The position numbers and the translations under genes are program-made. Under the pieces are notes generated by a model, which saw nothing but the letters and a program-made list of their open reading frames with translations, had not been told where the DNA came from and ran no database searches. From Sphagnum compactum (lineage: Eukaryota), in contig OZ234494.1 in assembly GCA_965153455.1 (NCBI GenBank), forward strand, positions 1,612,001-1,676,000: a stretch of DNA of 64,000 bases, given 5' to 3'. Below, piece after piece: positions 1 through 13,757 of this stretch. Each line of letters starts with the position of its first letter. Within the stretch, counting starts at the first letter, position 1.

Positions 1-429
1 TCTTGAGGTAGGCAGCCCTCCTCCATTTGCCAACACACTTTCAATAGTATCACATTCAATCATTTGATCATCTTTTCTTCAGACAAGGCCCAATGATAGG
101 AATATTTGAATAGACCCTAACAAAAGGCATCAAATTCAGAGTAAAAATTCCATGAACTTATACCATTTTGCACTTGGTTAACATATGCAAACCACTAGTG
201 CTTGGACATTTGGAGAGGTATCATTGCATCACAAAATGATTTTCCTTAATAGTATGTGAGGGCCTGACTATCCAACTAGAAGGGAAAAAGTTCCAGAATT
301 TGGCGTTAGTTATGTATCACTATCCTCGGTTGTTATGTAATACATGAGACTATGCAAATTCAAAAGATGTGCAGGGCAAGGATACATTTCATCTATGTCC
401 CTATTGCAAAACCCAAGCCCAAGAATGAT

Positions 430-786
430 GGATTATGCAACACAACGCCCACCATCAATGGGAATCCTATTATGACTGAGTTGTGGTTTAGAACTCAGCT
501 ACCAAAGTCTCCACCTTGGTCTTGGTACCATATCATGTAAACCCTACAACTTCATTTCCCCTACTTAGGTAAAAGTATCATATATAAGTATGTAGGGAAT
601 ATAAGAGGTTACTATGTAAGTAGGCATCAAGACAAGGCACTTGGTGGCTACTAGATAGGTTGATAGGCAGCACTAAGCTAACCATCTTGCTTTAGCAATG
701 GGACAGGAATATGGAGAAAAAAGTGTTTCCTATCCACACACCACCTGTCCTGCATGCTGTGTAGCAAGTACTTGTTCACCTTGACC
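430..786. mobile_element. Degenerate Mutator-type MITE, same family as 45050-45764
   Basis: Begins GG and ends ...GTACTTGTTCACCTTGACC, a decayed form of the family right TIR GTGCTGGTTCACTCTGGCC. Flanked by a perfect 9-bp direct repeat AAGAATGAT (421-429 and 787-795). Internal TTATGACTGAGTT and GTAGG-rich tracts align with the 45050/45350 copies. Confidence 0.7.
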
Positions 787-3183
787 AAGAATGATCAACA
801 ATAAAAGGGTAATTACGTCTATAATCAAACAATATCTTGTCATTCAACACTTATTTTATTTTCTTGGGTTCTTGTTTCTATTTTTTTGAGAGATCTCATG
901 CTCATGGGTGTGCCAAGCAAAGGTTTACAAAATATCTTTGACTTCTAAAAATAAGGGAGCAACAATGTTTTGTCCAAAGAAAAAAAAGTTAAATCTTTCT
1001 ATGGTTGATGATGACACGCTCAAAAGTAAAGAAGTAATGTAGCAACTGGTTTGGTGCTTTTTCCACTAGTGCTTTAACGAAGGTTTGTAGCATCATTTAA
1101 GTAAATACAGATTAAAATAGTAAAACATAAGCTTGTAATATGACAACGCCTAATTCTAAACCTTGTATGGAGAAAGATTTCCTGCTTAGATGCTTTCAGG
1201 AGTTCTTCTATACCAACTTAGCTACCTTTTTAAATTTTATATCTTCCTCATTTTTTTGTCCGTTTTGAATGATTTATAGAGTTGTGTGTCAGCTAAAACT
1301 TTGCAAAACCTCTTTGAACTCCATACATAATAAAACAATGTTCAAAGATCTTAAACACCAAAACATAAATTGTTTTAACTATGTATGTGTTCAGTCATAG
1401 GCTTGGTTATCTTAAGTACCCCCAAGTGATAATGGGGGTATTAGCCAATGTTGGAAATAATGACAAATAATTTTGAAAATTGGAATTTCATGCAACCAAT
1501 GAGAAGGCTCAAGATGCATTCGATGAGCTCAGTTTTTTTCTTTTGAATTTTGAGCAGGGAGGGGGCATGATTTTGTTTTCTTATTTGTTCCCAATGTGTT
1601 CCCATTGAGTCCCCAAAGTATTTCCATCAAGTTCCCAAAGGGTTCTAAGATGTTCTCACTTCAATTTTATCCCATATTATTTAGTCACAATTCAATACTC
1701 ATGTATATAAAATGTAAAGGGTGCCAAAGGGAAGCAATTCTATGATCTGATTTTGGGAAGTGAAGCATTTTTAGGTTTCTATGTTGGGAGGCATGCCCAC
1801 TGTTTTAGGAAAAATTCATGATGGGCCAATCAACCTGGTTTAACAGTTTCATTATAAACTATGGGTATTTATTGGGGATGAAGGTGAATAAGTATTTCAA
1901 AAGATGACTAGGGAATAATGGTATGATATTGGTATCAACATTTTTTTAAGGTTTGTGAAATTTTGAACATGTGGCTTTTATTAAGTTAAAATTTGTGCAC
2001 ATTTGGCAATATTCAAATGTTCAAAAATGCAATTTATGGCGATCTAAAGCTTTAATAAATTGAAAATTGGCTATGTGCAAAAGAAACATTTTATAAAAAG
2101 TTGGTGAAATTTCTAATGTTATAGTAGCAAAAGTTGGCATTCATTACAAAATGAAAATAGAACATATGATTACACAACCTTTTACCCATGTTGCTAATTT
2201 GCGATGAACCTAATTTGGCCATGAAAATCTCTCAAACAGAGTTATTATGTGACCACTGTTGTACGCACAATAGTGGCCTTGAGGCTTGGTCATTGCTAAG
2301 TGATTTTATCACAATCAAAGTCAATATCACATAAGACTCTGAATAGTGACACACCCACAAAAAACACTAGCATACACATTACTAATTACACACAAAACAC
2401 ACACATTCGTACAATAAAAACACAGATACTTATAGAGAATCAAAACATAGACAAAAAATCAATGATCAAAGAAAAATGGATAGACTCCAAACTCTAAAAA
2501 TATTGGAAGTTGGTAGATAAAGAATTGAAGGAAAACATAGACAAACAATGGGCATTGGACATAAAAATAATCAAAAGAAAATAGATATTAAACACTAAAT
2601 TCTAAAGGACCAAGGTAGACATTGGTGACTTGATAATGGATTACCACAAGACAATGGATAAAAAATGAAAAGAACTTGGAAAATAAACAAAATTCAGAAC
2701 TTAGAAGTTCACAGAACTAAGAAATTAGAACTTCAAAGTAAATAGATTAAAATAGGCAGATAGAAGCAGACATAAACAAATAGTAACAAATACAAGCAGA
2801 GTCTAAATAGAGGCAAACAAAAGAAAATAAAGTCATAGGAAGACATTGGACAGAGGTAAAAACAAAGAAAGGAAAATAGAAGTAGACAAAGGTTGGAAGA
2901 AGCAAAGAAAGGTAACATAGAAGTAAACAAATGCATATAGAGGCAAACATAAGCAAACATAAAATCAAGGAAGAAAAATAGAGAGATAGTGTTTGACATT
3001 AAACAAAGATTTGAAAGCAAAATTGACAGTGGACACACACAAAAAAATAAAATTAAATAACCATCACAATTCTTGAATCTTAATTTTTAAATGACAAAAT
3101 GACCTAGATTCAACCACTACTAGACGTCATATTGAGAATGGCCTACTGATGATGGGATTAGAACAATAAACTCCACTCAAATC

Positions 3184-5829
3184 CTAGTAGAGGAGTTTAA
3201 ACCAATGTTCGCCTAGGCTTTTGCTCCTTCCAAGCTTCAAAACATGTGTCATACGAAAAGTATTCAAATTATAAAAAGTTTGAAAATACATTCCCACAAC
3301 AGTATTCAAGTGTTCATTGAAATGGTGATTCAATTTAGATTTCATGAAAAAAAAAGTGGAAAATGTCTGCTCATTTTCCATTGAACCCAATACTTGTGCA
3401 ATTTCATTGATTTCCACCAATTTGAAAAACTTAAGGAAATAATGCCGTAAAATGCGAAAAGCCTCCAAAGTTTGCCAAAATCAAGTTAAGGGATTAACAT
3501 GAAATGGTGCCTCCATAGCAGCAATAACATTAGATTGCATAATTATTTTAAAAATACTAAACTGCGTGTCAAGAACACTTGCAAACAAAATTGTTGGGCA
3601 AATCTTACCTACAACAAGAGGTGAACTTGCCTATGAAGTTTTGACAAGTTCCAACAACTTTTCGAAACAATAATGTGCCTTAATCAACATTAAATGTCGA
3701 TTAAAATTATCTTCGACATCGCCTTGAAATCGATATTGCAAATAACAAATGCCCATAAAATCCATCAAATGAGATGTTGGAAACCTTGCAGTCAATTCAC
3801 TCATGAATGCTTCTACTAGAGCTACAAAATCAAAAACAAACAAAAGACCAAAAAAATAGTAAGACCAAACTCTAGTCAAAAAATAAATAAACAAACAACA
3901 TAAAAACATAAAGACACAAGGAGAATGACAGAAAAAAATCTTAGCATGACAATTTTGCATCCTCCATTAGATTAATGAAGACCTCTCAAGTCACTTGAAC
4001 CTTCTCAACAATGGCATTTATACATGTAGCCCAAAATCTGTAACTTGATGAATCAAAGGCCAAATACTTACCATTAAGGGTATTGAAGTATAGTGAACTA
4101 GTCTTCCATTTCAGATGCACATTGTTATGATTTCAAACAATCAAACCTTGGAAGTCTTTGAAAATATAATAAACATATTTTGTTGTTAGATCACATAATA
4201 AAAATAGAGTTAACCCCAAGGCAAATCTTTATGGTAGCAACATAATCACATACAAAGACATCTCTCTTTTGTGCAAACTTGATAAATGCATGGATAATTT
4301 ATAGCATGGGTAGCAAACAAGAAAGATAGATGAGAAGGTTTACATCACAAAAAAACTAAAAATTCACTTCAGTAGACATGATTGATGGATTGCATTCAAC
4401 CATATTTGCTAATAATGGCATATACATTACCATCATCTTTTTTGCTAGACTAAACATGTTGATCCAAAATGTTTTGACATTCCACAAAATTTTCTTCCCT
4501 TTCCCCTTCATTAATTCAACCAACTTAAAAAACTCAAGATGTTTTTTTGGGCTATGAGAAAAAAAGGAATACAAGGACTACAATAAATCTTATATAGATT
4601 TCACAATAGGGATTTGAGACAAAGTTTGCATAGTTAGATTGGTGCGATGCACCATGCAATGAATGCCTTCCAAATGGGGGGAATATTTATTTTGCATTTG
4701 GCAAGTAACACCATTGTGCACCCCTAAAAAACATTCACTCCATAAGCCCCAAAGGAAATCAATCTTGCAACAACATTTGCATAAAAAAGACCACCATGTT
4801 CTTTCAAAGCACCCATAATAACCTTAGTTAGATTATATGCACCCCCTCTTTTAATAACCTACTCAAAAGAAATGAATATAAGTATGTGACACTAATCTTG
4901 AACAGCATAGGAATGGATAGAAATCCACGATTGGTTATCAATCATGGTTACCTCATCACAAGACAATGCAAGGTACTTTGAACTTGTAATAACTTCTTTT
5001 ACCCTCTTAATGATTTGCTTATGTATACATTCAACCATAACCCATCTTGTTGAATCATTCTAATGATGTTTTGACAACAAGGGGACATTTAGGAAAGAAA
5101 AGAAAGACTTCAAAGGCTCAAATTCAAACATGAGCCAACTCAGTTGTAATAAATGCAGAATTGTAACAAATTATTGCTACTTTTTACGCCACTCCTCTTT
5201 AACCCTCCTTGAACTTGTTCAACAATTATGAGGTGGTTATTTTTAGAATAAGCAACCTCATTCTTTGCATGGTTGTAATTCTTATTGACATACCATTTTT
5301 CTTATTCCTTGCCCAAGTGCAACATGTCTCGAACAACACTTGTTTTTCCTGCATGTTTTTCAATAGTGTTAGCCTTCGACCCTAAGATCACATCCTTACC
5401 CTTCACAAATGAACATACCAAACATTTCACATGGTGAACATCTCTAGTTTCATTTCTCAACATCTCTGCCCATGGGAATTCAATAGCCCACACATCCCGA
5501 CACTTCTGTGATATGTCATAATTCTCTTTAGGTTTCTTAGGAGGGGGCAGTTTTGATTCCACTTCCTCTATAATGACATGGATTGCTAAGAAATTTTCCA
5601 CAGAGGTAGCATAAGTGGGAAATCCACTAGGATAAACAAACTACACAATAGGATTATCATTTTTCTTATTGAAATCAAAATTTGACTCAACCTTGCTGCC
5701 ACTTGAACTTGTTATAGAAAATGGAATTGGTTTAGGTTTAGGAGGGATCACAAGAGGAGAATTATCCTCAGGATTCTTGTTGGATTTGAAAAAGTCAAAC
5801 ATCATAATGTCTTTTTGTGTCCTTCCCAC
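3184..5829 (-). pseudogene. Decayed hAT-superfamily (ZNF862-like) transposase
   Basis: Collinear minus-strand ORF fragments: N-terminal zinc-finger-like FPWAE..VKCLVCS..IEKH (5302-5601), YSFFSHSPKK..NVKTFW (the usual TRW motif; 4356-4574), and the C-terminal hAT dimerisation-like GSMENEQTFS..KSKL..L (3184-3468). Broken by stops and frameshifts. Confidence 0.75.
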
Positions 5830-6280
5830 AAGTGCCGTTTAAGCCTTTCAAATCAAAAAAATGCATACAAAAGACAAAAACAAAAGGAGGTTAAAAAACA
5901 CAAACAAAGAAAGTTTTTGAGCCACTGACTAAAATCATTTGTTGATCCGTGTGCATTCTGAAACTCTAAGCTCCAAATTTCTGTCAAAAGTAGAGCATGT
6001 TGTCAAACTGCAAGAAAGCCCTTATTCTCACACCTCCCAGTTAGTTGTTTTCTTATGGGTTGTGCAAAATGGACAATGCATAAGTATGGGAAGAAGCATG
6101 ATAGATATGTAAGTTTAGTTTGTATATGGATTATGCACAATCCTAATTCCTAAATTGTCTAAACCCTAAACCAAAAATCTACCAAAACCCTAAAGCAAAC
6201 ATGTGATGCAGTGTGCATTAAGTCTTGACAAAAAACAAAGCTTGAATAGAGTTCAATGGAAAAGACAAGTAGGATCTGGA

Positions 6281-6413
6281 TTATGCAAAATCCTTTTGTT
6301 TAGATTTTAAACCATAAACCTTAAACCTTGAACCTTTATGCAAAATCCTTTTGTTTAGATTTTAAACCATAAACCTTAAACCTTGAACCTTTATGCAAAA
6401 TCCTTTTGTTTAG
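6281..6413 (+). repeat. 55-bp tandem repeat, about 2.4 copies
   Basis: TTATGCAAAATCCTTTTGTTTAG... recurs at 6281, 6336 and 6391. Confidence 0.9.
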
Positions 6414-7709
6414 CCTTGATATTTTGATTTTCACAAAGTTAATGATATGTAATATTATTTGAAAAAAAATTTAAAGATTAAATTCAAGGAATAATGGGTA
6501 TATTTATGGTATATGTAGTATAATAGAGCACATGTTTATGTTTTTGGACTGCACTAGGTTTTGGTTTGAATTAGTCAACCAAAAATGTTTGAAATGAAAA
6601 TTTTAAAAATGACCCACCTCACATATCTTGTCATCTTCCATTTGAAAGTGAGTGTTTGTCAAAATGTTAATTTACCACATACTTATAATCATCACCCCCC
6701 AAAAAAAACCTATTTGTGATATGATAATTATCAAACTCTTCACATGGTTCAAAAACGTATTTCAATCATATGGAATCATAATGTTTAATAGATTCTACAA
6801 ATTTCATACAAACTAAACATCATTTCAATCATTTATTAGTACATTGTGACATATATATTTTTAGCACAAATATATTCTATCACATCATATTAGATTAAAT
6901 AGTGAATAGAGCTAGAATAAAGCTTGAACAAAAAAACATAGCTTTTGAGTGAGCTTGAATATACAAAACTTATAACCTTAAAGCAAGCATGTGCCACAAT
7001 ATGTTACAAAAAAGAAATCAACCTCCTAGGAGCAAGTAAAGGACAAAGTTTAATGAAGAAGTCTTGCATAAACCAATGCATAGTAACAATGTCCATGTGA
7101 TTCATTTGGGGGCCAACACTGCCATGCATATGTAGCAAGAAACATTGGTGAGCAAGTTACAACACTTAGCAATTATGTGAACTTTGTGCATGTGAACTTG
7201 TAGCAATTCAGTAGGCAGTGGTGAACACTATGAACTCTACACACATGAATAGTAGCAACTTGGTGTAATGGGCATTAGGAGGTGTGGCAGATGATTATCT
7301 AGCACTGTCGCCTCCACTTCACCTTCAAGCAACATTGATTCTTGAACAATGTGCACCTTTGTGGCTCTAACAACAAACTAAGTTCCAAACAAACCCAACG
7401 ACTTTTAACTTACAACACACCTTGAAAACCTAAATCCTTATTATTTTCCTAAAATCCCAAGCCCCCAACCCCTTAAATTTTGGGCTTTGGAGCCCATTAG
7501 AAACATTCACGAGCTGTAACAAGTTGATGGAGTGAGAATTGGTGAAAGCAAAGCAAAAATCAACAAAAGCAAAGTGAAAAGTGACAAAAGTTTTTAAGTC
7601 ACAACAATGAGTGTACTCAGTGATCCTGGTGTTCAAGTCGACTACCTTAGTGTTTTGTGTAACATAGTAGTTTTGACTATCTAGAATCTAGACCTAAAGT
7701 TGTTGGCAG

Positions 7710-7825
7710 TAACCTTAGATCTAACAGTGATATTCATGGTGATAGCCCTAGATCTAATGGTGATATTCATGGTGATAACCTTAAATCTAACGATGATTTG
7801 CTAGCGATTAACCTAGATCCAATGA
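7710..7825 (+). repeat. About 33-bp tandem repeat (AACCTTAGATCTAAC-GTGATATTCATGGTGAT type), 3-4 copies
   Basis: Repeated TAGATCTAA..GTGATATTCATGGTGATA units, visible directly. Confidence 0.7.
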
Positions 7826-10800
7826 CATCTATTAGGGTTAATTTGGTGATAGGGGTACCTAATGACCTAATTACAATAGGCAAGAGGCCTTATGGGGAAT
7901 ATATGAAATGGCGAGTGGTCTCTAAGCTTCTACTGCAATATGGCAATTTTTGTTTATTTTTAAAAAAAAATTAATGAATTTTGTAAGCTTTTTTTCTCCA
8001 TTGTTGTCTGGCGATATTTTTCCAATAAAAAAAAATTGGTTGGTATGTGTTTGACCCACACTAACGGCAAAGTAAATGCCTATGAAAGTAATATTATGTT
8101 GTGTCTAAATCAACCATTTTTGTGATTATATATGCGATTGTCCTTTATGGCATTTTAGTAAAAATGACTTATAGTCACATAAACGATAACAAAATGGTTT
8201 TCAATTGCATATGCAACTTATATTTGTGACTAATGTCAATTTGGATGAAAATGAAGATGAAAAATACATTTATATCATTATTTTTTTGTGACATCCCAAA
8301 ATAAATGAAAATATAGTTGTTTTTATGACTTGGAAGGTGGTTCATAAGCCATTGGGCACCACATGGCATCTTTTCAACTTGATTTGCAATTATAAATTCT
8401 AGCTCCAAATGCACATGTAATTAAATGTGAAAAAAAAAGTTGACCAATGAAATTGTTGGATTTAGTGGTTTAGTTGTTTTCCCTTAACTATTTTCAATGA
8501 ACTAACCATTAAATGTGTAGTAAGATTTGGCGGGTTTGTGAAAATTTAGAGGACCCATGGCAATTAATGGTAGATATAGGGCTAGATAAAAGGTAATATG
8601 TATGTGGGTAAGTAGTAGATATTTTATCATGATGATAAATCATATATTTTTAATTAGCTAATTAATTAGGTAGGCTAGGTAATTAATTAATTATTAAGTT
8701 GTAAGTTGTAAGGTAATTAGTAAAACACAATATGTACATGGGTTAAGTAGTAGGTGTTATACCACGTTGATATGTGATAAATTTTTTGTATTAATTATTT
8801 AATTAATTAAGCAATGTAATTTATTTATTAAATAGGTTAATGTTTAGGTAGTAGGTGTAATTATTTAATTAGGTAGGCAATGTAATTTATTTATTGAATA
8901 GGCTAAGTAATAGGAATTATTTATGACCCATTTATAAAAATTATATAGTGAATAAGTTATATATATCATCCATCTAAATTATATTCTGTTGGTACAACTA
9001 TGATTTATTATAAGTAAAATTGTATGATATAGTTTCTTAAATCAAATAGAGGTTTAAGATGTGAAAAGGCATAATTTATTTTTACATAAAATATTTATCA
9101 CATTTTAAATAAAACTTAAGATATTATATGTGTATACATAATAAAATTTATAGTTCCATAAAATCAATTAAGTATATGGCATTAATTAATATTTAAAAAT
9201 TAAAATTAATTATTTAGATTAATTTTTACATCGGAAATAATATGGGTAGTTTAAGAGTTTCTATTATATTTTTATTGTAATTTATTTATGATCCATTTAT
9301 AAATATTATATGTGAATAAATTATACATCAAACATTTAAATTAAATTTTATTGGAAAAATTATGATATATCAAAAGAAAATTTGCATAATATAATTCTTA
9401 AAATCAAATGAAGGTTTAAGATATGATATATATATATATATATATAATAAATCATGTGATTGATTTTATTTTTTTCCATGGAATGGTCATTGAAATTGTA
9501 TTCAATAACTAAATTCAAATATTTTTTGTTTCAAATTAATTTATATTTTTAAGAGGGAAAACATATTTGTGTGCATTATTGAAAAAAAATGAACTTTAAA
9601 CTTTAATCTTGTCATTTGGACAAAATCTTGATAAGATATCAAAGATAAAAAGTGATGTTTGTGTAATATTTTAAATGAAGTACGATAAATAAAATGCACA
9701 TTACATTTTTGACACAACAAGTGGTGTGGCTTGGTGGTAAAGGGGTTGATCTCCATCCTTGGGGTTCAAGGATCAATTTCCATCCAAAACATGGGTTGTG
9801 GTCAACAGTGGGTTGTTGATTGAATATTCCGTACCTAGTTAGCATACTAGGTGAGCTTAAATAGGCACAATAGGTTAGTTAAGCTATTGCCCCTTCCTAT
9901 GAACCTTGGTACATATATTTTAAAAGAGGTTCAGGCCTATGAGCCTATGAAAGTTAATTTTCAATTAAGTGCCCACTAGCACATAAATAATTAATTTACA
10001 CAACTAACTTTCCACATCACACCCACACAACATACAAACCACTTGAAGAATACAAAAGATGAAATTTACATGTTTTTATAATACGATTACTTAGGTGCTT
10101 AAATTTTGGCTTTAATATTGGTTACACACAATGGGGAGTTCATCACACATATCTAAAAACTTTGCTTCACAAAAATCATATACGTTTGTTCTTGTGAACA
10201 CTTCCATAATCAAAATGACATAAAAGTTTATCTTGACATAAATTCATTACATGAAAGGTTTATCCCAAGGCTTAACATCAAGTAATAGCATGAAATTAAA
10301 AAAAGGAGAATGAGCTCAAAATTCCAACCACAACCTTTAAATGCTTGAAGGGAGAAATGGATGAATTATCAATCCCATTCATTTAATTTTATGAAACATT
10401 ATCATTCATTATTTTCAAAGCATTATGCCACATATCATCCTTTCAAAACTATCATCTTCCTTATGAATGAATCATTACATTATTTGGAATGATCTTCCTT
10501 AAATTTAGTCAAGTTCACATAATTCACTTTCAATTATGTCTAACTCAAAACACTTAACCAAGTTATTCATGAGTTTAAACCTACTTGTCCTTAATCAAAT
10601 TCTCAAGGTAGGGCTCATGGTTGTATTATTTATTTTCATATTTGCCCATGGGTCATATTATTATTATTTACAACTTTTACAATTTCCTTGTGTGTTCCCA
10701 AACATGTTTTTAATATGTCCTCAAATTTTATCTAATATCCTTTGCCTTAAGTTCTACTCTTGTAATTTATATAGACAACCAAAAGGGGGAGATTACAACA

Positions 10801-10958
10801 TATATCTATTTTGTGAGTGTTCAAAGCTTGATTAATTTTTTGGGCAATAGGTCAACCAAAGGAAAAAATACCCATCACAAATGGAAAAAAAATTGAAATT
10901 TGGGAATTCCCACCATTAATTAATACAAGTCACAATGTATACCCATATGTCCTTTTTC

Positions 10959-11860
10959 TATTGTGATTTAAACCTTGGGCTTATGACCAAAATGAACACA
11001 AGGCCAAAAATAAATGAGTTAGGAATAAACCTAGGCAAGAAAGAGGCCTAAATACATTGGGGGAGTTAAAAAGAAACATTCCTCAAACTTTTGTGATGAA
11101 TTTTTGTTTTGATAATTTGGAATGTCCCAAATCTTTGGGTCAAATTTGCAAGGGTAAACTTGTTCCAACTTAATCAAGAGTTTTTTATATCATAAAATAA
11201 ATTCAAAATGTAAATATAAAAACTAAACTTACAATTTTCATTTGGAGATGTGAAGTAAACGTTATAGGCCAAAACAAAGTTGGGAGTCAAATTAGTAGTT
11301 TGACTCCCAACCATTAAAACTTAAGAAAAATAGAAGTTTGATGATGGAAGGATGTGATATGGCATTGGAAAAATCTCATTGATTGTGAAAACTTTCTATT
11401 TGGAAATTCATTAATTAAAGTTTATATGAAAAAATTATGAGCCCACAAAGTTATGGGACTCATAACTTGAGAATTTCAAGACCCCCATTTGCGAGGAATT
11501 ATGGGTAAAAAAATCATTTCAATGTGTATCTTATGAAGAGATCCAAGGGTATACTATAGGGAAGAGGATTTGGACCTTTCCCCAAATATTATAGGCTATG
11601 TGAATGTGTTGAGTCCAAAGCAAATTCATGACCCAAAGTTGACTTCGTTTTCACTCCTTGTTTGCATTGTTTAACTTGTGGATGTGACTTGTCTGTGAGG
11701 TGTTTATGAACTTGTCACTTTGTTTTAATTTTCATATTAGAGTTCTCACATGCCCCTCGTTCTCTAAAGTGCAAAATTAAAGAACATGCCATCAAGTTCT
11801 CTCTACCTTCCATTCAAACGTTCATTTTTCAAGCCTTGGGAAGAACTTAAGGGTGTGTCA
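10959..11860. mobile_element. Highly degenerate copy of the TG...CA solo-LTR family
   Basis: Start TATTGTGATTTAAACCTTGGG aligns with TGTCGCAACCCTAGCCTTGG (61910). Internal GGGAGTCAAA..TTTGACTCCC motif. Ends AAGGGTGTGTCA. No clean TSD. Confidence 0.7.
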
Positions 11861-13432
11861 CTTTTTTTCATTAGCCTAGGTCCAAATGATGATAGATTCA
11901 CCATAATTTTCATGTGGCCAAATGAAATGCTTGATGCGCAATAAAAAGGGTCTAGTAATTTTTTCAATGTGTTCCCAAAGTTGTTTGAATGAAATTCTCA
12001 AAATGTTTCCTAGGATGCTCTTAATAGCACCACACTTTAATCACATATGTTTTGCTAAATTTTAGTTTTAATGTATTTATATTATAACAAAGGCCAAAGG
12101 GAAATACCTCTATGCTTTTATTGGGGAGTGCCCAATGTTTCAAAAATAATAATGATGGGCCAATCAAAGTGATTTTATATAAATAAATAAATAAATAAGA
12201 TGCACCCTTCAAGGAATAATACAAGTAATAAGAACATAGAAGCTTCTGTGGAGGTTTTTCAAAACCAAAAAAAAATTCCATACCAAAACCTTTCATCAAC
12301 GATATTAGTTAAATTCTTTGGCATGTCATGCAAAGCCTTGTTTCCAAAAGCCAAAATAAGGCAATGCACCAATGCAATTCCATGGATGGATTGGGTAGAC
12401 AATAAACAATATATAATTAGAAGTTTATTCCATAGTGGTTAGTTTAGTTACTTATGTTTAAAGGTTTATTAATCTATCAAGTCTAATCAATGATATATAA
12501 AAGTGAAACAAAAAAAATGCTTACTTGCCCTTACTTATTTAATACTGCACAAAATTCATGGCACCCTTAATATCCACTTTGTCATTCATGTCATTTGTCC
12601 ATCACCAAAATACCTAAAAATATCATTTAAAACAATTGTGGTGTCCATCTTGGCACCATCATTCATCCTTTGTGGCCTTCCCCCTCTGCTTTTTTATACC
12701 CTTGTTTAATTTGTTGCCCCAAAAGTAATTAAGCAAATAATTTCTTTAGTTGTTCCCATTTGAACAACCATGGCACCCATAGTCATTTAACTTTCACCAT
12801 AGAAAAAAAACCTTTTGTCCATCCTATAGTTTGTTGTCATTGCCAATTGTTAGTTCATTGTGGATTTGTGCTTTTGATTGTCATTAACTTGTCATCCCAC
12901 ATTGTCAACCTAATGTTCCTTGTAAGGCAATCATTCCTCATTGTTCCTTATTGTCCCCTTAGATTGTTTGCCATTGTCAACCTACCATTTCATGCCATCC
13001 CCCACCATTCCCCACCATCAACTAACTATTCTTTTTTTATGCTTGTTATTATGCACCATCCTTTTTGTCCTTTGTCTTCCCCTTCATCATCCCACTATTC
13101 CTGTTTTCCTTCCTTGTCCTTATCATCATCTTAATGTTCTTTCACTATCATTGTCTCGATTTCGAACATATTTGGAACGTCATTTTTTGATGTGTAGTGG
13201 ACAACATTATTAAGAAGATTAGTATAAAACATAATATTACAAGTCCATATTCATGAATGATAAACGAAACTAAACAAAAAGAGTGAATGATTCATCGATT
13301 CTCCCTTTGTGTATTTAAAGGTGGGACATTAACATTACTACAAATCAAGGGTTTTACACTAGTTTTTAAGAATAAAATATAGTCATATTTTTATTCATAT
13401 TAAACATTGGACAAAAATGGTTCAGTTAAAAC

Positions 13433-13745
13433 TGTTGAGAATTCAAGCTCAACTAGTTAGGTTTCATTAGTTACTGGAATATGAAAGTAACTAGGTTACT
13501 TTCATAAGGTTGAATTACTTTCTTTACTTATATTAGTTTGGTTATTTGTGGTTTGGTCTTTCAGTTAAATACCTTGGTGTTGATGGTTTGGTTCTCTTTT
13601 TTTCATTGCATAAGTTTGTGTATTTCATGTGACAAGAACCTTAAGGAGTTCTTGAGGTTATGTTTCGTGTTGTGAGCATCATTTTTTAATTTTCTTTTAA
13701 TAAAGATTTATCTTTGCACTTGAATAGATCTCCTATTTGTTAACA
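13433..13745 (+). repeat. 5' LTR of the copia element
   Basis: TGTTGAGAATTC...TTTGTTAACA. Colinear without indels to 20048-20360, about 24 substitutions by manual count. Confidence 0.97.
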
Positions 13746-13757
13746 TGGTAGCAGAGC
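13746..13757 (+). promoter_or_regulatory. Primer-binding site (tRNA-iMet type)
   Basis: TGGTAGCAGAGC immediately after the 5' LTR; one mismatch to the canonical plant TGGTATCAGAGC. Confidence 0.9.

Noticed and set aside
2733-3038. Hydrophobic F/L-rich ORFs (also 12760-13213)
   Set aside because: Translations of low-complexity purine- or pyrimidine-biased repeat DNA.
6160-6195. Interstitial telomere repeats (AAACCCT)
   Set aside because: Isolated, degenerate units here and elsewhere (about 29260, 63885), not arrays.
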